64,000 nucleotides of DNA from Candidatus Latescibacterota bacterium (GTDB taxonomy: Bacteria > Latescibacterota > UBA2968 > GCA-2709665). The notes under the pieces are model-generated. The model was not told where the DNA came from, did no database searches, and saw only the letters and a program-made list of their open reading frames with translations. Shown one piece after another: positions 47,864 to 58,901 of the stretch; the stretch's first letter is position 1, and the number at the start of each line of letters is the position of its first letter. Where the stretch lies: positions 3,072,001 through 3,136,000 of the forward strand of contig OZ220733.1 in assembly GCA_965116875.1 (NCBI GenBank), read 5' to 3'. A program made the position numbers and the translations under genes.

Positions 47864-50299
47864 TCACTCAATCACGCGAAACAACGTATCGCGTGAAACT
47901 ACCTCATCGTTGTGAAAGTCTTTGACCGTTACCGACAACCTGTGCACACCGGCGGGCACGTGTGTCAGGTCGATCTGCAGATACGTGAAGTCGTCCACCC
48001 GGTCCCCCTCGTACCGCGCCGTGATCGTTGTTTCCACCCCCGCTTTGCTTCGGCCCTTCTTCCTGATCCGGCTGGCAAGTTCATCCGCTTTCGGAAACAC
48101 AAACCTCGCCCGGTACGTGACCTCATCCCTTTTCTGTGCGTCGAAATAGTCCGGGACTACCATTGGTGCCGTGACCGGCAATTCCTCTTGAGGCTCATTT
48201 TCCTCCTCGGTCACCCGCTCCGGCCGGCGCATGCCTGTTTCCACAGCCCTGATTTCGCGCGTGATCTGCAATCGCCTCCCGCCCTTGGGCAGCCGCTGCG
48301 CCAGGAACAGGTACGGGTCGATCTTCTTCTGCTCCGGCCGTCCTATTCGATAGGCAATTTGATACTCCGTGCGCCCGAATTCGTTCCGCTCCAGGTTATA
48401 CACTTCCAGGTAGATGAACGCGGCTTCGGATCGATGGTAGGTCCGAAGCGGATTTGCCAGGATGTCCAGGTCCGACCGCCCCTCAGGAAACGCCGTTCGA
48501 GTCTCGATCCGCGCGGCCAGCAACAAATCGCTCATAGACAGCGCAGAATCTACAGCTGCAAAGCCACGCTCCTCGCGGAATGTCCCGATTGATCCCGTCT
48601 TCCTGTCCCGCACCTCACCCACCAGATTGTAAGCGCCGGGAGAAAGCCCGAACGCGATCTGAAATACCAGATGACTCCTTCGCAGGCTGTCGGCAGCGGG
48701 ATATCCGCTCGGGGTGATCTCGGGCCACCGCAGCTTGAGGTCCGACCGCTTCCGGTACACCTCATCCCACTGCTCATCGAACAGAAAGACACCATTCTCC
48801 AGACCCATGCTCCTGTCCGAATCCGATACGGTCACGTTGTACCTGGGAAGCGCATACGCCAGTTCCACGCGGAGGCTGTTCCCGTCCCTGAAGCTCGCGA
48901 CTTGATGGGGCACCCTGTATTTCCGCGGACCATAGGGATCGACGTAACGCGTTCGATCAGGCAGACGAGACGGAGAGAAGCCGTGGAAGCCATCGGATAT
49001 CTGAAAATCGACCCGAAATCCCTCGTAGAACCACGTCTCTTTCTGCATCGCCAGCCTCCAGCGTATCCTCCCTCCCGGCAGGGATCTGCCGAACGTGCTT
49101 GGCCTGTCTATTGCAATGACCGAACCTGTTTCCGGCCGCTGCATCCGCCGGTGGAGATATCTTCCCAGTCTGATATAGACTCTTCCCATATCCGTCTGCC
49201 AACCCTCGATACCCTTCGAAGGCCGGCCGAACCGCAGATTTGCGTAGGCTACCCGGCCGTAATGCTCCATGCGACGTTCGTTGAATTCAGTCAGAAACAG
49301 CGGGTCCTGTCGCCGCCAGAACCGGACCCGCTCCGCGCTATCCTCCCAGCGTTGAGCCACGCCTCCGCCTGCCTCAGTGCGGGCGTAAACGTCTTGCAGC
49401 ATTGCACGGTCCCCATCCGGCACAATGCTGTCTACAGATTCCATCATCGCCCGCTCATCCGGCGCCATTCTCTGCAATGCCCGGGAATAGAATTCATGCG
49501 CCAGCGCTTCTTCGCCCAGCTTCTGGTACCCAAGCCCGCAAAAGAGCAACGCATCCTTGTCATCAGGGACCCGTTCCAACAGCAGGTTTGCCAGCTGGAT
49601 CAGTTCCTCCGGCCGGTTTGTCTCCAGGCATGCAAGCCCGAGTTGAAAATAGGCATCCTTGAACATCGGGTCTGCTTCAATGCAGGTCTTCAGATACGTG
49701 ACGGCTTCATCCAGTTCCTCAATGCCGAAATCTCTCCACGAATGTCTGGTGCGCGTATGTTCTCGCCGGCTGAATCCGGATACTATGTTCGTCATGGACA
49801 TATCGTAATTTTTCAGAAAGTTCTTGACGCCATGATGGCCGATCATGTAGGCTGCCTTCGAGTTTTCGGGATCCAGCTTCAGGACATTTTTATACTCCGC
49901 TACGGCATTGTGCCAGGATCCCTGCGTCCAAAGGAGATCCGCCTTTAAAACGCGGTAGGCGACATTGTCTGTATTCAAACGAATGGCCGTATTCACCGCG
50001 TTTATCGCAACATAGCGATCCATCGGCGTATCGAGGGACATATACAGCTTCGCGATTTCGTAGTGGGCAGGCGCAAAATCCGTGTCCGCCTTCAATACTC
50101 GCTCGAAGGCGTTTATACTTTCCTTAGCGGAGACACGACCGACCTGCTCCATCGCCGTCTCAAAGAGCCTTTCGGCACGCTGGTTATCGTCGGCGGCAAT
50201 CTGCGCTGTGAGAGCGAATCCAATGCAGAGTACCACTGACAACTGAGAACTCAATACTGCACGGCAACGCCCCAACTGGCGAACTATCAAAGATCGCAT
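47864..50299 (-). CDS. TPR + GWxTD domain protein
   Basis: FWRRQDP..NERRMEHYGRVAYAN..GWQTDMGRVYIRLG, the canonical motif. Confidence 0.9.
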   Translation of the reverse strand: MRSLIVRQLGRCRAVLSSQLSVVLCIGFALTAQIAADDNQRAERLFETAMEQVGRVSAKESINAFERVLKADTDFAPAHYEIAKLYMSLDTPMDRYVAINAVNTAIRLNTDNVAYRVLKADLLWTQGSWHNAVAEYKNVLKLDPENSKAAYMIGHHGVKNFLKNYDMSMTNIVSGFSRREHTRTRHSWRDFGIEELDEAVTYLKTCIEADPMFKDAYFQLGLACLETNRPEELIQLANLLLERVPDDKDALLFCGLGYQKLGEEALAHEFYSRALQRMAPDERAMMESVDSIVPDGDRAMLQDVYARTEAGGGVAQRWEDSAERVRFWRRQDPLFLTEFNERRMEHYGRVAYANLRFGRPSKGIEGWQTDMGRVYIRLGRYLHRRMQRPETGSVIAIDRPSTFGRSLPGGRIRWRLAMQKETWFYEGFRVDFQISDGFHGFSPSRLPDRTRYVDPYGPRKYRVPHQVASFRDGNSLRVELAYALPRYNVTVSDSDRSMGLENGVFLFDEQWDEVYRKRSDLKLRWPEITPSGYPAADSLRRSHLVFQIAFGLSPGAYNLVGEVRDRKTGSIGTFREERGFAAVDSALSMSDLLLAARIETRTAFPEGRSDLDILANPLRTYHRSEAAFIYLEVYNLERNEFGRTEYQIAYRIGRPEQKKIDPYLFLAQRLPKGGRRLQITREIRAVETGMRRPERVTEEENEPQEELPVTAPMVVPDYFDAQKRDEVTYRARFVFPKADELASRIRKKGRSKAGVETTITARYEGDRVDDFTYLQIDLTHVPAGVHRLSVTVKDFHNDEVVSRDTLFRVIE

Positions 50300-51143
50300 A
50301 GAAAGACCTTTTATTCTCGCGTCGTGGACATTTAACCTTGATTCGTAAGTCTTCGGGGACGTTAATTCGAATATATGTTAGTAAATTAAGGCGATTAGAC
50401 GGCGGATTACCAGGATACACCAAGTCGCTGGACGTGAAGGGAAAGAACGTCCTTCTATACGTCGATAACGCCCCGTTTCGGAGGGTTTTATCGCGTCGCC
50501 GCGTTGCTGTTTTTTTCGGATTGAGGTTAAGCGAGGCTGATATCCAACGCCCGTCCTCCCCAAAAGACACTGATCATGCGCCATGGGTTCAAAAAAAAGC
50601 AAACGAAGAGAGTCCGGACAGCGCACCTTCCGGACTCAAATCTAGCCATAAACTGGTATGTTTTGACCCCTGGCTTCTCGCAAGCGCCGCGTCGCTGGCT
50701 GATATCCAGCCGCGTATTCCACCTGGCCCCAAGTCGTTATGCTCAGCCGCAGCCAATCAGCCAAGAGTGAACTCGCGAGACCGTTTGACGGTCGAATTAC
50801 TCCCCCCTTGAGCGGGAGTCGCAGAAGCCGAGCCGGTCTCTTGAGCCTCCGGTCCCTGAGCTTGTCGAAGGGCCGAAGGATTGTCGAAGGGTGCCCCCCG
50901 GGCCGACGAAGGATCTGTTGTTGCATGTGTAAATGTCCGAGGGGCAGGCATCCGGTCCGATTTGAAATGCGGCACAACCGCTCCCGCTTCGACTACGCGC
51001 AGAGTAACCGGGCGGCCGATCGTCAGTTCTCAATATCTCGTGTTCGACAAGCTGTTGCCGGAGACTCCGTCAAGTGTTTCGGGCAAATGGCGGCAGGACA
51101 GGGGGGCAGGCGCGTTTAAGGAGAGCCGATTTCGGGTCGTTCG

Positions 51144-54100
51144 TCAGTTCTTGATTGCAAAGAGAATCTTGTAGGACACCGGCACGAACACGAGGGTGAT
51201 TACGGTGGCGAAAAGCAGGCCCGCCATAATGGCCACCGCCATCGGCTCCCACATCAGCCCGCCGCCCAGATAGAGGGGGATAAGCCCCAACGCCGTCGTA
51301 CAGGTGGTCAGCAGGATGGGGCGAAAACGCTGCTGAGCCGCGGAAACAATCGCCTCGGCGGACGCCTCCCCGGATCGATCCAGTTCGATCTGGATGCGGT
51401 CCAGGAGTACGATCGCATTGTTGATGACGATGCCGGCCAGCGAGATCAATCCGAGAAAGGCGAAGAAGCCAAAGAAAGAGCGGAACGCCAGCAATCCGGC
51501 GATGACGCCAATCAGGCCGAGCGGAATGGTGCTCAGCACGATGAAGGTCTTGCGGAAGGAGTTGAACTGAACAACCAACAACGCCAGAATGATAAAGCCG
51601 GACAGCGGCAGTTTGGCGACGACCGCGCTCATGGCCTCGCTGCTCTGCTCGGACTCGCCGCCCAATTCGTAGCGATAGCCCGGCTTCCACGATTCGCTGT
51701 CTTCATCGAGCCACGGGATGAGTACGTCGGTGACGTCCTGCGCCGTATAGCCGCTTTTCGCGTCGCACGTCACGGTCAGGGTGCGGTACAGGTCTCGCCG
51801 TATGATCCTGGCGAGTTGCCATTGAGGCACGATCCGCGCCACCTGTCCGAGCGGCACGTTTTCGCCCGAACTCTGGGCGTAGATGTTGATGCTCTCCAGT
51901 TGGCGCACATCCACGTTCTGACTGCTCTCGTTGCGCAGGACGATGGGGAGACTCTGGTCGCCGTCTCGTAAAGCTCCCGTATTGAATCCCGTGAGCGCGG
52001 TCTGCAACGAAACGGCGATATCCTGGTTGGTCAAGCCGGCATTCCCGGTCCTGGACTGGTCGATGTCTACGACGATTTTCTTGATCTTGGGCCCCCAATC
52101 GTCGCCGATATTCTGCGCACCGGATATCCCGTTGAGTCTTTGCTTGATACGCTCGGCCAGGCCGAACAGTTCGTTTGGGTCCGGCCCTGCTATCCGCACT
52201 GCCACGTCTCTGCCCCCTCCGCCGCCTGCCAACCTCGAAACCTGCACGTCGGCGTCGGGAAAGGAGTGGAAGCAGAAGCTATTAAGGCGATCGATGATCC
52301 ACTGATTGTCTTCGCCTGAACTTGTATTGAGTAACACATGGGCGTACCCGGAGTTGGCTTCACCCGGCTGATAGCCCAGGTCGTACGGAGGGGGCCCCTC
52401 GCTTACAAAGGTCGCCCATTCCGTAATTCCGCGATGGCGCTTCTCGCTCACCAGGAGACTATCCGCGATGTACGATTCGAGCCGTTCCACACGGTCGGTT
52501 GTCGTCTCGATCCTGGTACCCAGGGGCAAATTCAGATTGACCGTCAACAGGTTGCGCTCGCTGTCGGGAAAGAAGATGAACGGCAGAAGACCAAAGCCGA
52601 ATAGCGACGATACAAACAGACCGGCGATGATCCCCACAAACGGATAGGGGCGCCCGAGGGCTCTGAGGAGCAGCGCTTTATACTGGCTGTTCAGCCGGTC
52701 GATAAACGTGCTTTTCCCTGACTCGGAGGCCTGCCGTTTCACGCGGATGAAAAACACCGCCAACAGCGTGACCATGGTCAGGGAGAACAGCCAGGAAGAG
52801 AGCAGGGCTATGGTGATCACACTGAACAGCGGCCCCATCATCTCACCCATGATGGACGCCGCGAGAAAGAAGGACAGGAATGCGGCTGAAGTGGTCAGCG
52901 AAGAGACCAGAAGCGGTACTGCCAGCTCCCGAGCGGTTTCAATGGCGGCTTGCCTCACATCCGTACCCTTTTCCATCTTGACCACGATCGCTTCGGACAC
53001 CACGATGGCATTGTCGACCAGCATGCCCAGCGCCATGATTAACGCCGCCAGCGACACCTGATTGAGACCGATATCCAGCACTCCCATGATGAAAAGGGTG
53101 GCGATAATGGTCATGGGAATGAGACTGGCCACGACCATGCCGGTGCGAAGCCCCAGAAAAAGCAGCATCGACAGCAGCACAATGGCGACGCTTTGCAAGA
53201 GATTGCTCGTGAAGTTTGCGACCGATTTCTCGACCTCGATGTCCTGGGAAGCCACCCTGTATAGGGTTATGCCCAAAGGCAACCGTGCTTGATGGAGGGC
53301 CACGAGCTCGTCGATCTCTTTACCCAGCTTGATAATGTTGGCCCCTTCGCTGAGTGCCACGGAGAGCGCCAGGCCCGGCTGACCGTTGATTCTGACCAGG
53401 CGCTGGCGCGGCGTCTCATAGGCTCGCGCGATGCGGGTGACATCGCCGAGATACACGCTCCCGCCCTTGCCCACCGCGATCAACGTCCTCCCCAGATCGT
53501 CCAGGTCGGCGTAACTGCCGGTTGGTTCGAGCACGAGGCGTTCATCTTCCAGGCTGACCTCGCCGCCGGAAAATACGATGTTGGTACTGGCGATGCTGTT
53601 TTTGATCTTCTGCGCCGAAAGGCCCAACTCGGCCAGCCGGGCATCGTTGAATTGCAGGTATATTCGCTCCTCCTGGATGCCGCTTATTTTGACCTCTGCC
53701 GCGTCTGGCAGCTTGATCAGGTCGTCTCTCAGGTCTTCGGCATAGGACTCCAGTTCGGCAAAGGCGAATCCATCTCCCGTCAGGCCGAGCACAATGCCGT
53801 ACACCACCCCCACCCCATCGTCATTGACCCGGGGGTCATGGATACCTTCAGGCAGATCCGATCGGATCGTCTCAATCTTGCGACGCAACCGGTCCCATAC
53901 GAATTGGAGCCTCTCCGGATGTACCTCCTGTTTGAGTTCAACCGAGACTATGGACAGTCCGGTCCGCGATTCACTCGTGACGGTCTTCAATTCAGGCAAT
54001 TCTTGCGCGACTTCCTCGATCCTGCTGGTGATCAGGGCTTCGACCCGCTCGGGACCTGCACCTGGAAAACCGGTCACAACCGAGGCGACGCGGACCGTAT

Positions 54101-54218
54101 AGGGAGGCATACTGTCGCGTGGCATCGTCTGATACCCGAACAGACCCAGCAGGGCAACGACGAGCAAAACCACGATCGTAACGCGGTTGTTTTCCAGGGC
54201 AATTCGGGTGAGGTTCAT
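51144..54218 (-). CDS. RND efflux permease (AcrB/AcrD/AcrF family)
   Basis: GMLVDNAIVV, GIVINNAIVL, RFRPILLT. Confidence 0.95.
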   Translation of the reverse strand: MNLTRIALENNRVTIVVLLVVALLGLFGYQTMPRDSMPPYTVRVASVVTGFPGAGPERVEALITSRIEEVAQELPELKTVTSESRTGLSIVSVELKQEVHPERLQFVWDRLRRKIETIRSDLPEGIHDPRVNDDGVGVVYGIVLGLTGDGFAFAELESYAEDLRDDLIKLPDAAEVKISGIQEERIYLQFNDARLAELGLSAQKIKNSIASTNIVFSGGEVSLEDERLVLEPTGSYADLDDLGRTLIAVGKGGSVYLGDVTRIARAYETPRQRLVRINGQPGLALSVALSEGANIIKLGKEIDELVALHQARLPLGITLYRVASQDIEVEKSVANFTSNLLQSVAIVLLSMLLFLGLRTGMVVASLIPMTIIATLFIMGVLDIGLNQVSLAALIMALGMLVDNAIVVSEAIVVKMEKGTDVRQAAIETARELAVPLLVSSLTTSAAFLSFFLAASIMGEMMGPLFSVITIALLSSWLFSLTMVTLLAVFFIRVKRQASESGKSTFIDRLNSQYKALLLRALGRPYPFVGIIAGLFVSSLFGFGLLPFIFFPDSERNLLTVNLNLPLGTRIETTTDRVERLESYIADSLLVSEKRHRGITEWATFVSEGPPPYDLGYQPGEANSGYAHVLLNTSSGEDNQWIIDRLNSFCFHSFPDADVQVSRLAGGGGGRDVAVRIAGPDPNELFGLAERIKQRLNGISGAQNIGDDWGPKIKKIVVDIDQSRTGNAGLTNQDIAVSLQTALTGFNTGALRDGDQSLPIVLRNESSQNVDVRQLESINIYAQSSGENVPLGQVARIVPQWQLARIIRRDLYRTLTVTCDAKSGYTAQDVTDVLIPWLDEDSESWKPGYRYELGGESEQSSEAMSAVVAKLPLSGFIILALLVVQFNSFRKTFIVLSTIPLGLIGVIAGLLAFRSFFGFFAFLGLISLAGIVINNAIVLLDRIQIELDRSGEASAEAIVSAAQQRFRPILLTTCTTALGLIPLYLGGGLMWEPMAVAIMAGLLFATVITLVFVPVSYKILFAIKN

Positions 54219-54246
54219 TGAAGAGTCCCTTCAGGCCCGGCGCGTC

Positions 54247-55356
54247 CTACTCCTGCAAAAGGCGCACCTTCATTCCGTTCAAGAGGGATCTGAGACCCGC
54301 TGTCGCGACCAACTCCCGGTCGGCGAGGCCCGCTTCCACGACAAAACCGTCCGCCAGCAATTCGCCGATCCGGATTGACCGTCGGCGAACCGTCCCCACG
54401 CCATTGACGACCCCTTCTATGACAAAAACAAACCGGCCTTCGGCATCTTCCCCTACCGCTTTTACGGGAACCACGAACGGGTCCTCCGACGCCTCCCCGG
54501 CGCCGAAGCGAAATTCCACCTCGCCGGCCATACCAGGGCGGATGGAGGGCGAAGGGGATTCGAGTCTGACAATGACCGGATAGGTACTGGCGGCGCCGAG
54601 CGCGTAGGCTATTTCGCGAACCCGGGCGGCAAAATCCACTCCCGGCAGAGCTGAAAAACGCACGCGCACGGGCTGTCGCGCCTGGATTTGGGCGATATAG
54701 CCCTCAGGGATCCCGACCACCATTTCGATATCCTCGCCCGCACTCAACTCCACCAGGGGCGCACCGGCCTGGATCACTTCGTTGACCTCGTTGTTAACTG
54801 CGGTGACGATGCCGGCGACGGGAGCGTATATCTCATTGTATCGTAGCTGGCGCACCTGCAAATCCAGACTCTTCTCGGCCGATTCGTAGCTGGAAGTGGC
54901 CGAGGCAAAACCGTTCTTCGCCTGTTCGTACTCGGCGAGCGAGACATTGTCGGCCTGGTAGAGTTGTCGCACGCGTATGAGCTTGGACTGGGCGTTGGCC
55001 TGCTGCACGCGGGCGTTTTCCAGCGCCGCCCTGGCCCGCTGATGCGCGAGGACCGCATCCCGGTTGTCGAGCATGGCGATGCGCTGTCCCGCTTCGACAC
55101 GGTCGCCCACCTTTACGCCGATCGATTCAATGAGACCGCCCGTTCTGAAGCTGAGCCTGGATTCGATGCCCGCTTTGGCGGTTCCGGCAAAACGCTGGCG
55201 TTGTACGGCGCTGGCGGGACGGACTTCGGCGTATTTTACCGGGCGAATGGTTTCGGCAACCTGCGGTTCGCCGTTGCAGGCAGTCCACATTCCCGTTACC
55301 GCAAGTAGAAACCCCGCAGATCCCAGCGTCCGTGTTGTTATGATGCTTCGCTTCAT
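54247..55356 (-). CDS. RND periplasmic adaptor (membrane fusion protein)
   Basis: GVKVGDRVEAGQ, IYAPVAGIV, RPGM; lipobox-like WTAC. Confidence 0.93.
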   Translation of the reverse strand: MKRSIITTRTLGSAGFLLAVTGMWTACNGEPQVAETIRPVKYAEVRPASAVQRQRFAGTAKAGIESRLSFRTGGLIESIGVKVGDRVEAGQRIAMLDNRDAVLAHQRARAALENARVQQANAQSKLIRVRQLYQADNVSLAEYEQAKNGFASATSSYESAEKSLDLQVRQLRYNEIYAPVAGIVTAVNNEVNEVIQAGAPLVELSAGEDIEMVVGIPEGYIAQIQARQPVRVRFSALPGVDFAARVREIAYALGAASTYPVIVRLESPSPSIRPGMAGEVEFRFGAGEASEDPFVVPVKAVGEDAEGRFVFVIEGVVNGVGTVRRRSIRIGELLADGFVVEAGLADRELVATAGLRSLLNGMKVRLLQE

Positions 55357-57713
55357 TGTGAATTCTTCCTCTTGGAGAAGAAGACCCTCAAGCGCCCGAC
55401 AAAGGCCTCCCGCTCCTCTGACGTCATGAACATGGTATAAGCTCCGAGGCTGTTCTCCAATTGCAGATAGCTGACCAGATATTCATAGACGGCCGCGGCC
55501 GCGGCCTGACGGGCGGAGAGTGCGACTCGCTGGGCATCCACCAGTTGGGCGATTTCCAATTGGCCCTTAAGATAAGCTTCTTGTACCAGGTCCAGGTTCT
55601 TCGCGGCGCTCCTTGCCGCCAAGTCGGCAAAGTGTATATTCGTTCGCCGGGACACCAGATTCGTCATCCGCACCCGGACGGCCTGGGAGAGCTGCTGACG
55701 CAGACTTTCCTCCTGAAGGCGGAGTTGCTGCTGCTGAATCGCGGTCCTGTCGATGTCGATCTTGCGCTGGTTACCCTGAAAAAGGGGGTACGTAAAGTTG
55801 AGGGCCAGGTTCCAGGCGCCTTTGGCGGGATCGGACGAGGCCGGCGGCATTCCCTTGCCGCCGCGCCAGAGAGTATAGTCCGCCTGTCCGCGCACGGCCA
55901 CTGTCGGCAGGTAGTACATCCTCCGGTTCATCCGCTGCTGGCGTTCGGCTGCCTTCATATTGGCTGCCAGTTGTTTGAGCGAAGGCATGTTTTTCAGGGC
56001 CTCCTCGACGAGAAAGTCGGTCAGGATTTCCACGTCGCCTGCCCGGTCGATCAGCGGACCGATGCTTGCCGGGTCGAAACGGCCGAACGGTTCGTCAGAT
56101 AACAATGCATCCTCCACCTCGAACTCCTCGCCGATATCCGGCCGGTTGAGCAGTCGATTGAGCTGTACTTTGGCCAGGTATACGTTGTTGAATGCCTCGA
56201 TTGAGGCCTGCGTGGTCCGGGCCACTTCGCTCTCCCAGCGGTATACGTCGGCGATCCCGGCATAGCCGACAGCGTTTCTGGTGCGGGCAATCTTCAGATT
56301 GCGGCGCGAGACCTCGAGGTTCTCGTCCTGTATGCGCGCCCCTGTCCTGGCCAGAAGGATATCGAAGTATGCCGTGGCAAGACTCAACACCACGTCGAGC
56401 GCGACCAGATCGGCGCGATGCCGGGCGGCCTCGGCCAGGTAACGCTGTATTTCGAGATTGGCGAAAGCCGGTTCCGAAAACAACACCTGCTGTACAGTCC
56501 CCGTTCCCGCTATCGACCGCTCCGGCTGTTGTCCTCGAGCGCGTTCGGCAACCTGGGGATCGATCTGCAAGATCGTGGCCGAGGCATCCACGGTGGGCAG
56601 GAGAGGTGATCTGGCTCGACGAATGTCCTGGCCGGCCAGGTCAACGCCGCGTTGTTCGATGCGGAGGTCGAGGTTGGTCTTCAAACCCTCCGCAACGACT
56701 TCACTCAAGCTGAAGCGTCGATCGGCCGCAGGTTCGTCGACGTGAAGGAAACGAGCGGAAAACAGCGTTTCGAAGGGGAGGTCGAGACCGATTCGCCGGA
56801 CGGTTGCCGCATTGATCACCCACTGATCGTCGAGACTGCGCTTTACCGGCATCGCTGCAAGATCCTCGCCCAGCACGACAGCCTCGACGATCAGGGCAAG
56901 ATTGCGGATGATCAGATCCTGGCCGTTCTCGTTGCCGATACACGCCATGATGCCCGCGTCCACAAAAGACCGGCTCAGGGAAAAGGACGGCAGCTTGCGA
57001 TCGTCAAGGACCGCCGCCAGTTGCGCGACCTCCTCCGGTGTTCGATCCAGGACCATCGCCAGATAGACCGAATCGACCGTGTCGCTCAGCGCGGGCAGGG
57101 CCTCTTCCGAACCCCAGAAGACCAATTCCACCTCGGCCCCGTAAGCGGATACCAGATGATTGAAGAAACTTTCAAGCCCCAGCCTGCCTTTCAAATATCC
57201 GCTGGCGATGACGGCCATACGTCGAAACGGATGAATGCGTCTGAACGCTTCCAGATCTTTTCGGATCTGATGAGAGTTCAGGACATAGGTGAAATTCTCT
57301 ACGCCGGAAACGCCCGGCTCGGCGAGGGGAATCTGTTGCAGTTCGGCGTCCAGTATTCCAACGGCGATCGTCGGTTTCGGAAAATCGCCGTGTGTGGTCA
57401 AAATCCCGGTGCTTGCGGGTCCGACGGCGATGATCAGATCGACCGCCGGGTCGTTGACCAACGAAAGATAGTCGGGTAACTCAGCGGAAAAGTGGATGTG
57501 CTCGGGGAGGAAGTGGACTGATCTTTCGGTTCCCAGTACCTTGTGTATTTCCTCCTTCAAGTCGATAAGTCTGCTCCCGGTATCGATTGAGGGCGCCGAA
57601 AAATCCAGCAGCAAGCCAATATGGATGTCGCGTCTGTCGATCTGAGCCTGGGCCGAACACGGAGGCCACATGAGTGCGAGTAAGGGGGCGAACGCTATAG
57701 CCATTCGTAGCAT
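55353..57713 (-). CDS. TolC-family outer membrane protein with an N-terminal periplasmic-binding-like domain
   Basis: C-terminal ~430 aa has OEP repeats (LPTVDAS, AYFDILLA, YPLFQG); extra ~330-aa N-terminal alpha/beta region. Confidence 0.82.
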   Translation of the reverse strand: MLRMAIAFAPLLALMWPPCSAQAQIDRRDIHIGLLLDFSAPSIDTGSRLIDLKEEIHKVLGTERSVHFLPEHIHFSAELPDYLSLVNDPAVDLIIAVGPASTGILTTHGDFPKPTIAVGILDAELQQIPLAEPGVSGVENFTYVLNSHQIRKDLEAFRRIHPFRRMAVIASGYLKGRLGLESFFNHLVSAYGAEVELVFWGSEEALPALSDTVDSVYLAMVLDRTPEEVAQLAAVLDDRKLPSFSLSRSFVDAGIMACIGNENGQDLIIRNLALIVEAVVLGEDLAAMPVKRSLDDQWVINAATVRRIGLDLPFETLFSARFLHVDEPAADRRFSLSEVVAEGLKTNLDLRIEQRGVDLAGQDIRRARSPLLPTVDASATILQIDPQVAERARGQQPERSIAGTGTVQQVLFSEPAFANLEIQRYLAEAARHRADLVALDVVLSLATAYFDILLARTGARIQDENLEVSRRNLKIARTRNAVGYAGIADVYRWESEVARTTQASIEAFNNVYLAKVQLNRLLNRPDIGEEFEVEDALLSDEPFGRFDPASIGPLIDRAGDVEILTDFLVEEALKNMPSLKQLAANMKAAERQQRMNRRMYYLPTVAVRGQADYTLWRGGKGMPPASSDPAKGAWNLALNFTYPLFQGNQRKIDIDRTAIQQQQLRLQEESLRQQLSQAVRVRMTNLVSRRTNIHFADLAARSAAKNLDLVQEAYLKGQLEIAQLVDAQRVALSARQAAAAAVYEYLVSYLQLENSLGAYTMFMTSEEREAFVGRLRVFFSKRKNSQ

Positions 57714-58104
57714 CGGGAGATTCACTCGATCCGGGTCGAAAGTAACAGAGTAAACCGTCAATGGCAGGAAATCAATGGGACACAACGCTTACGGGCTGCC
57801 CGGCTTCCGTATCGGAATTCCCTGGACGGATTCCTCGACGCAGCCAAGCCCGTTTACTTCAGGTGGGTACAACGGGAATATCTATACCGTATGGACATTT
57901 AATAAAAGTTCGCCGATTCTGTCAAATGGTTTTCCATTCTTGCAAGACATCCGACCGACTGCGAGTAACACAATGCGCCGTCGAAAACCCGAACGCCTCC
58001 TGCGCAGGGACGTTTTTGGTTGCAGCGAGAATGATTAAGCGTTATTTTTATTATAACTTATTCAGCGCAACGTCGTCCATTGCAGCGATGGGAGAGCGTC
58101 TGAG

Positions 58105-58890
58105 GTGGCGTTCCATGAAGCGTTACTACTGGGAATTGTGCAGGGACTGTCCGAGTTCCTTCCGGTGAGCAGTTCCGGGCATCTCGTTCTGGGCCAGGCG
58201 TTGCTGGGCGTGCTGCCGGGAGACCTGGTGTTCGAGGTCATCGTCCACTGCGGAACGCTGCTCGCCGTACTCACGGTGCTGGGAGGCAGGATCCGGGGAT
58301 TGGCATCCGGCTGTGTCCGGCGGGACCCTGCGTCCTGGCGCATGGTGCTGCTGTTGCTGGTCGGCACAATCCCGGCCGGCGCCATTGGTCTGCTTTTCGA
58401 GGACTACCTGGGACTGGCGTTCCGAAGCCCCGTCGCGGCGGCCGGTTGCCTGGTCGCAACGGGAGCCGTACTCTGGAGCTCCCGCTACGTTTCGCGCAGG
58501 CGGAAAGAGATCGGGGTTGGCGATGCGCTGCTTATCGGGTTCGCGCAGGCGTTTGCGATACTCCCGGGAATTTCGCGGTCCGGCCTGACAATCTGCGCCG
58601 GTTTGTGGCGAGGTATGGACGGCCGTGAAGCAGCGTCTTTTTCTTTTCTGCTGTCGATCCCCGTGATCCTCGGTGCGACTGTACTGAAGGCGGGCGGCCT
58701 CATCGCCGAACCGCCCGACCGGGACGTCATCGGACCCCTGCTGATCGGTCTGGTGGCTGCATTCGTCTCCGGCGTGGTTGCGATCCGGTGGCTGTTCGGC
58801 CTGTTGCAGGGCGGCCGGCTGGACCGGTTTTCATACTATTGTTGGGCGATTGGATTCACGGCGTTGACGATCTTCTGGCTGGGCTCGTGA
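58105..58890 (+). CDS. uppP: Undecaprenyl-diphosphate phosphatase
   Basis: QGLSEFLPVSSSGHL and PGISRSG motifs. Confidence 0.96.
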   Translation: MAFHEALLLGIVQGLSEFLPVSSSGHLVLGQALLGVLPGDLVFEVIVHCGTLLAVLTVLGGRIRGLASGCVRRDPASWRMVLLLLVGTIPAGAIGLLFEDYLGLAFRSPVAAAGCLVATGAVLWSSRYVSRRRKEIGVGDALLIGFAQAFAILPGISRSGLTICAGLWRGMDGREAASFSFLLSIPVILGATVLKAGGLIAEPPDRDVIGPLLIGLVAAFVSGVVAIRWLFGLLQGGRLDRFSYYCWAIGFTALTIFWLGS

Positions 58891-58901
58891 AGGGACTCTG
58901 T

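Noticed and set aside
50300-51140. Several short ORFs between the GWxTD and RND genes
   Set aside because: No motifs; the region is promoter-like DNA plus palindromic repeats.
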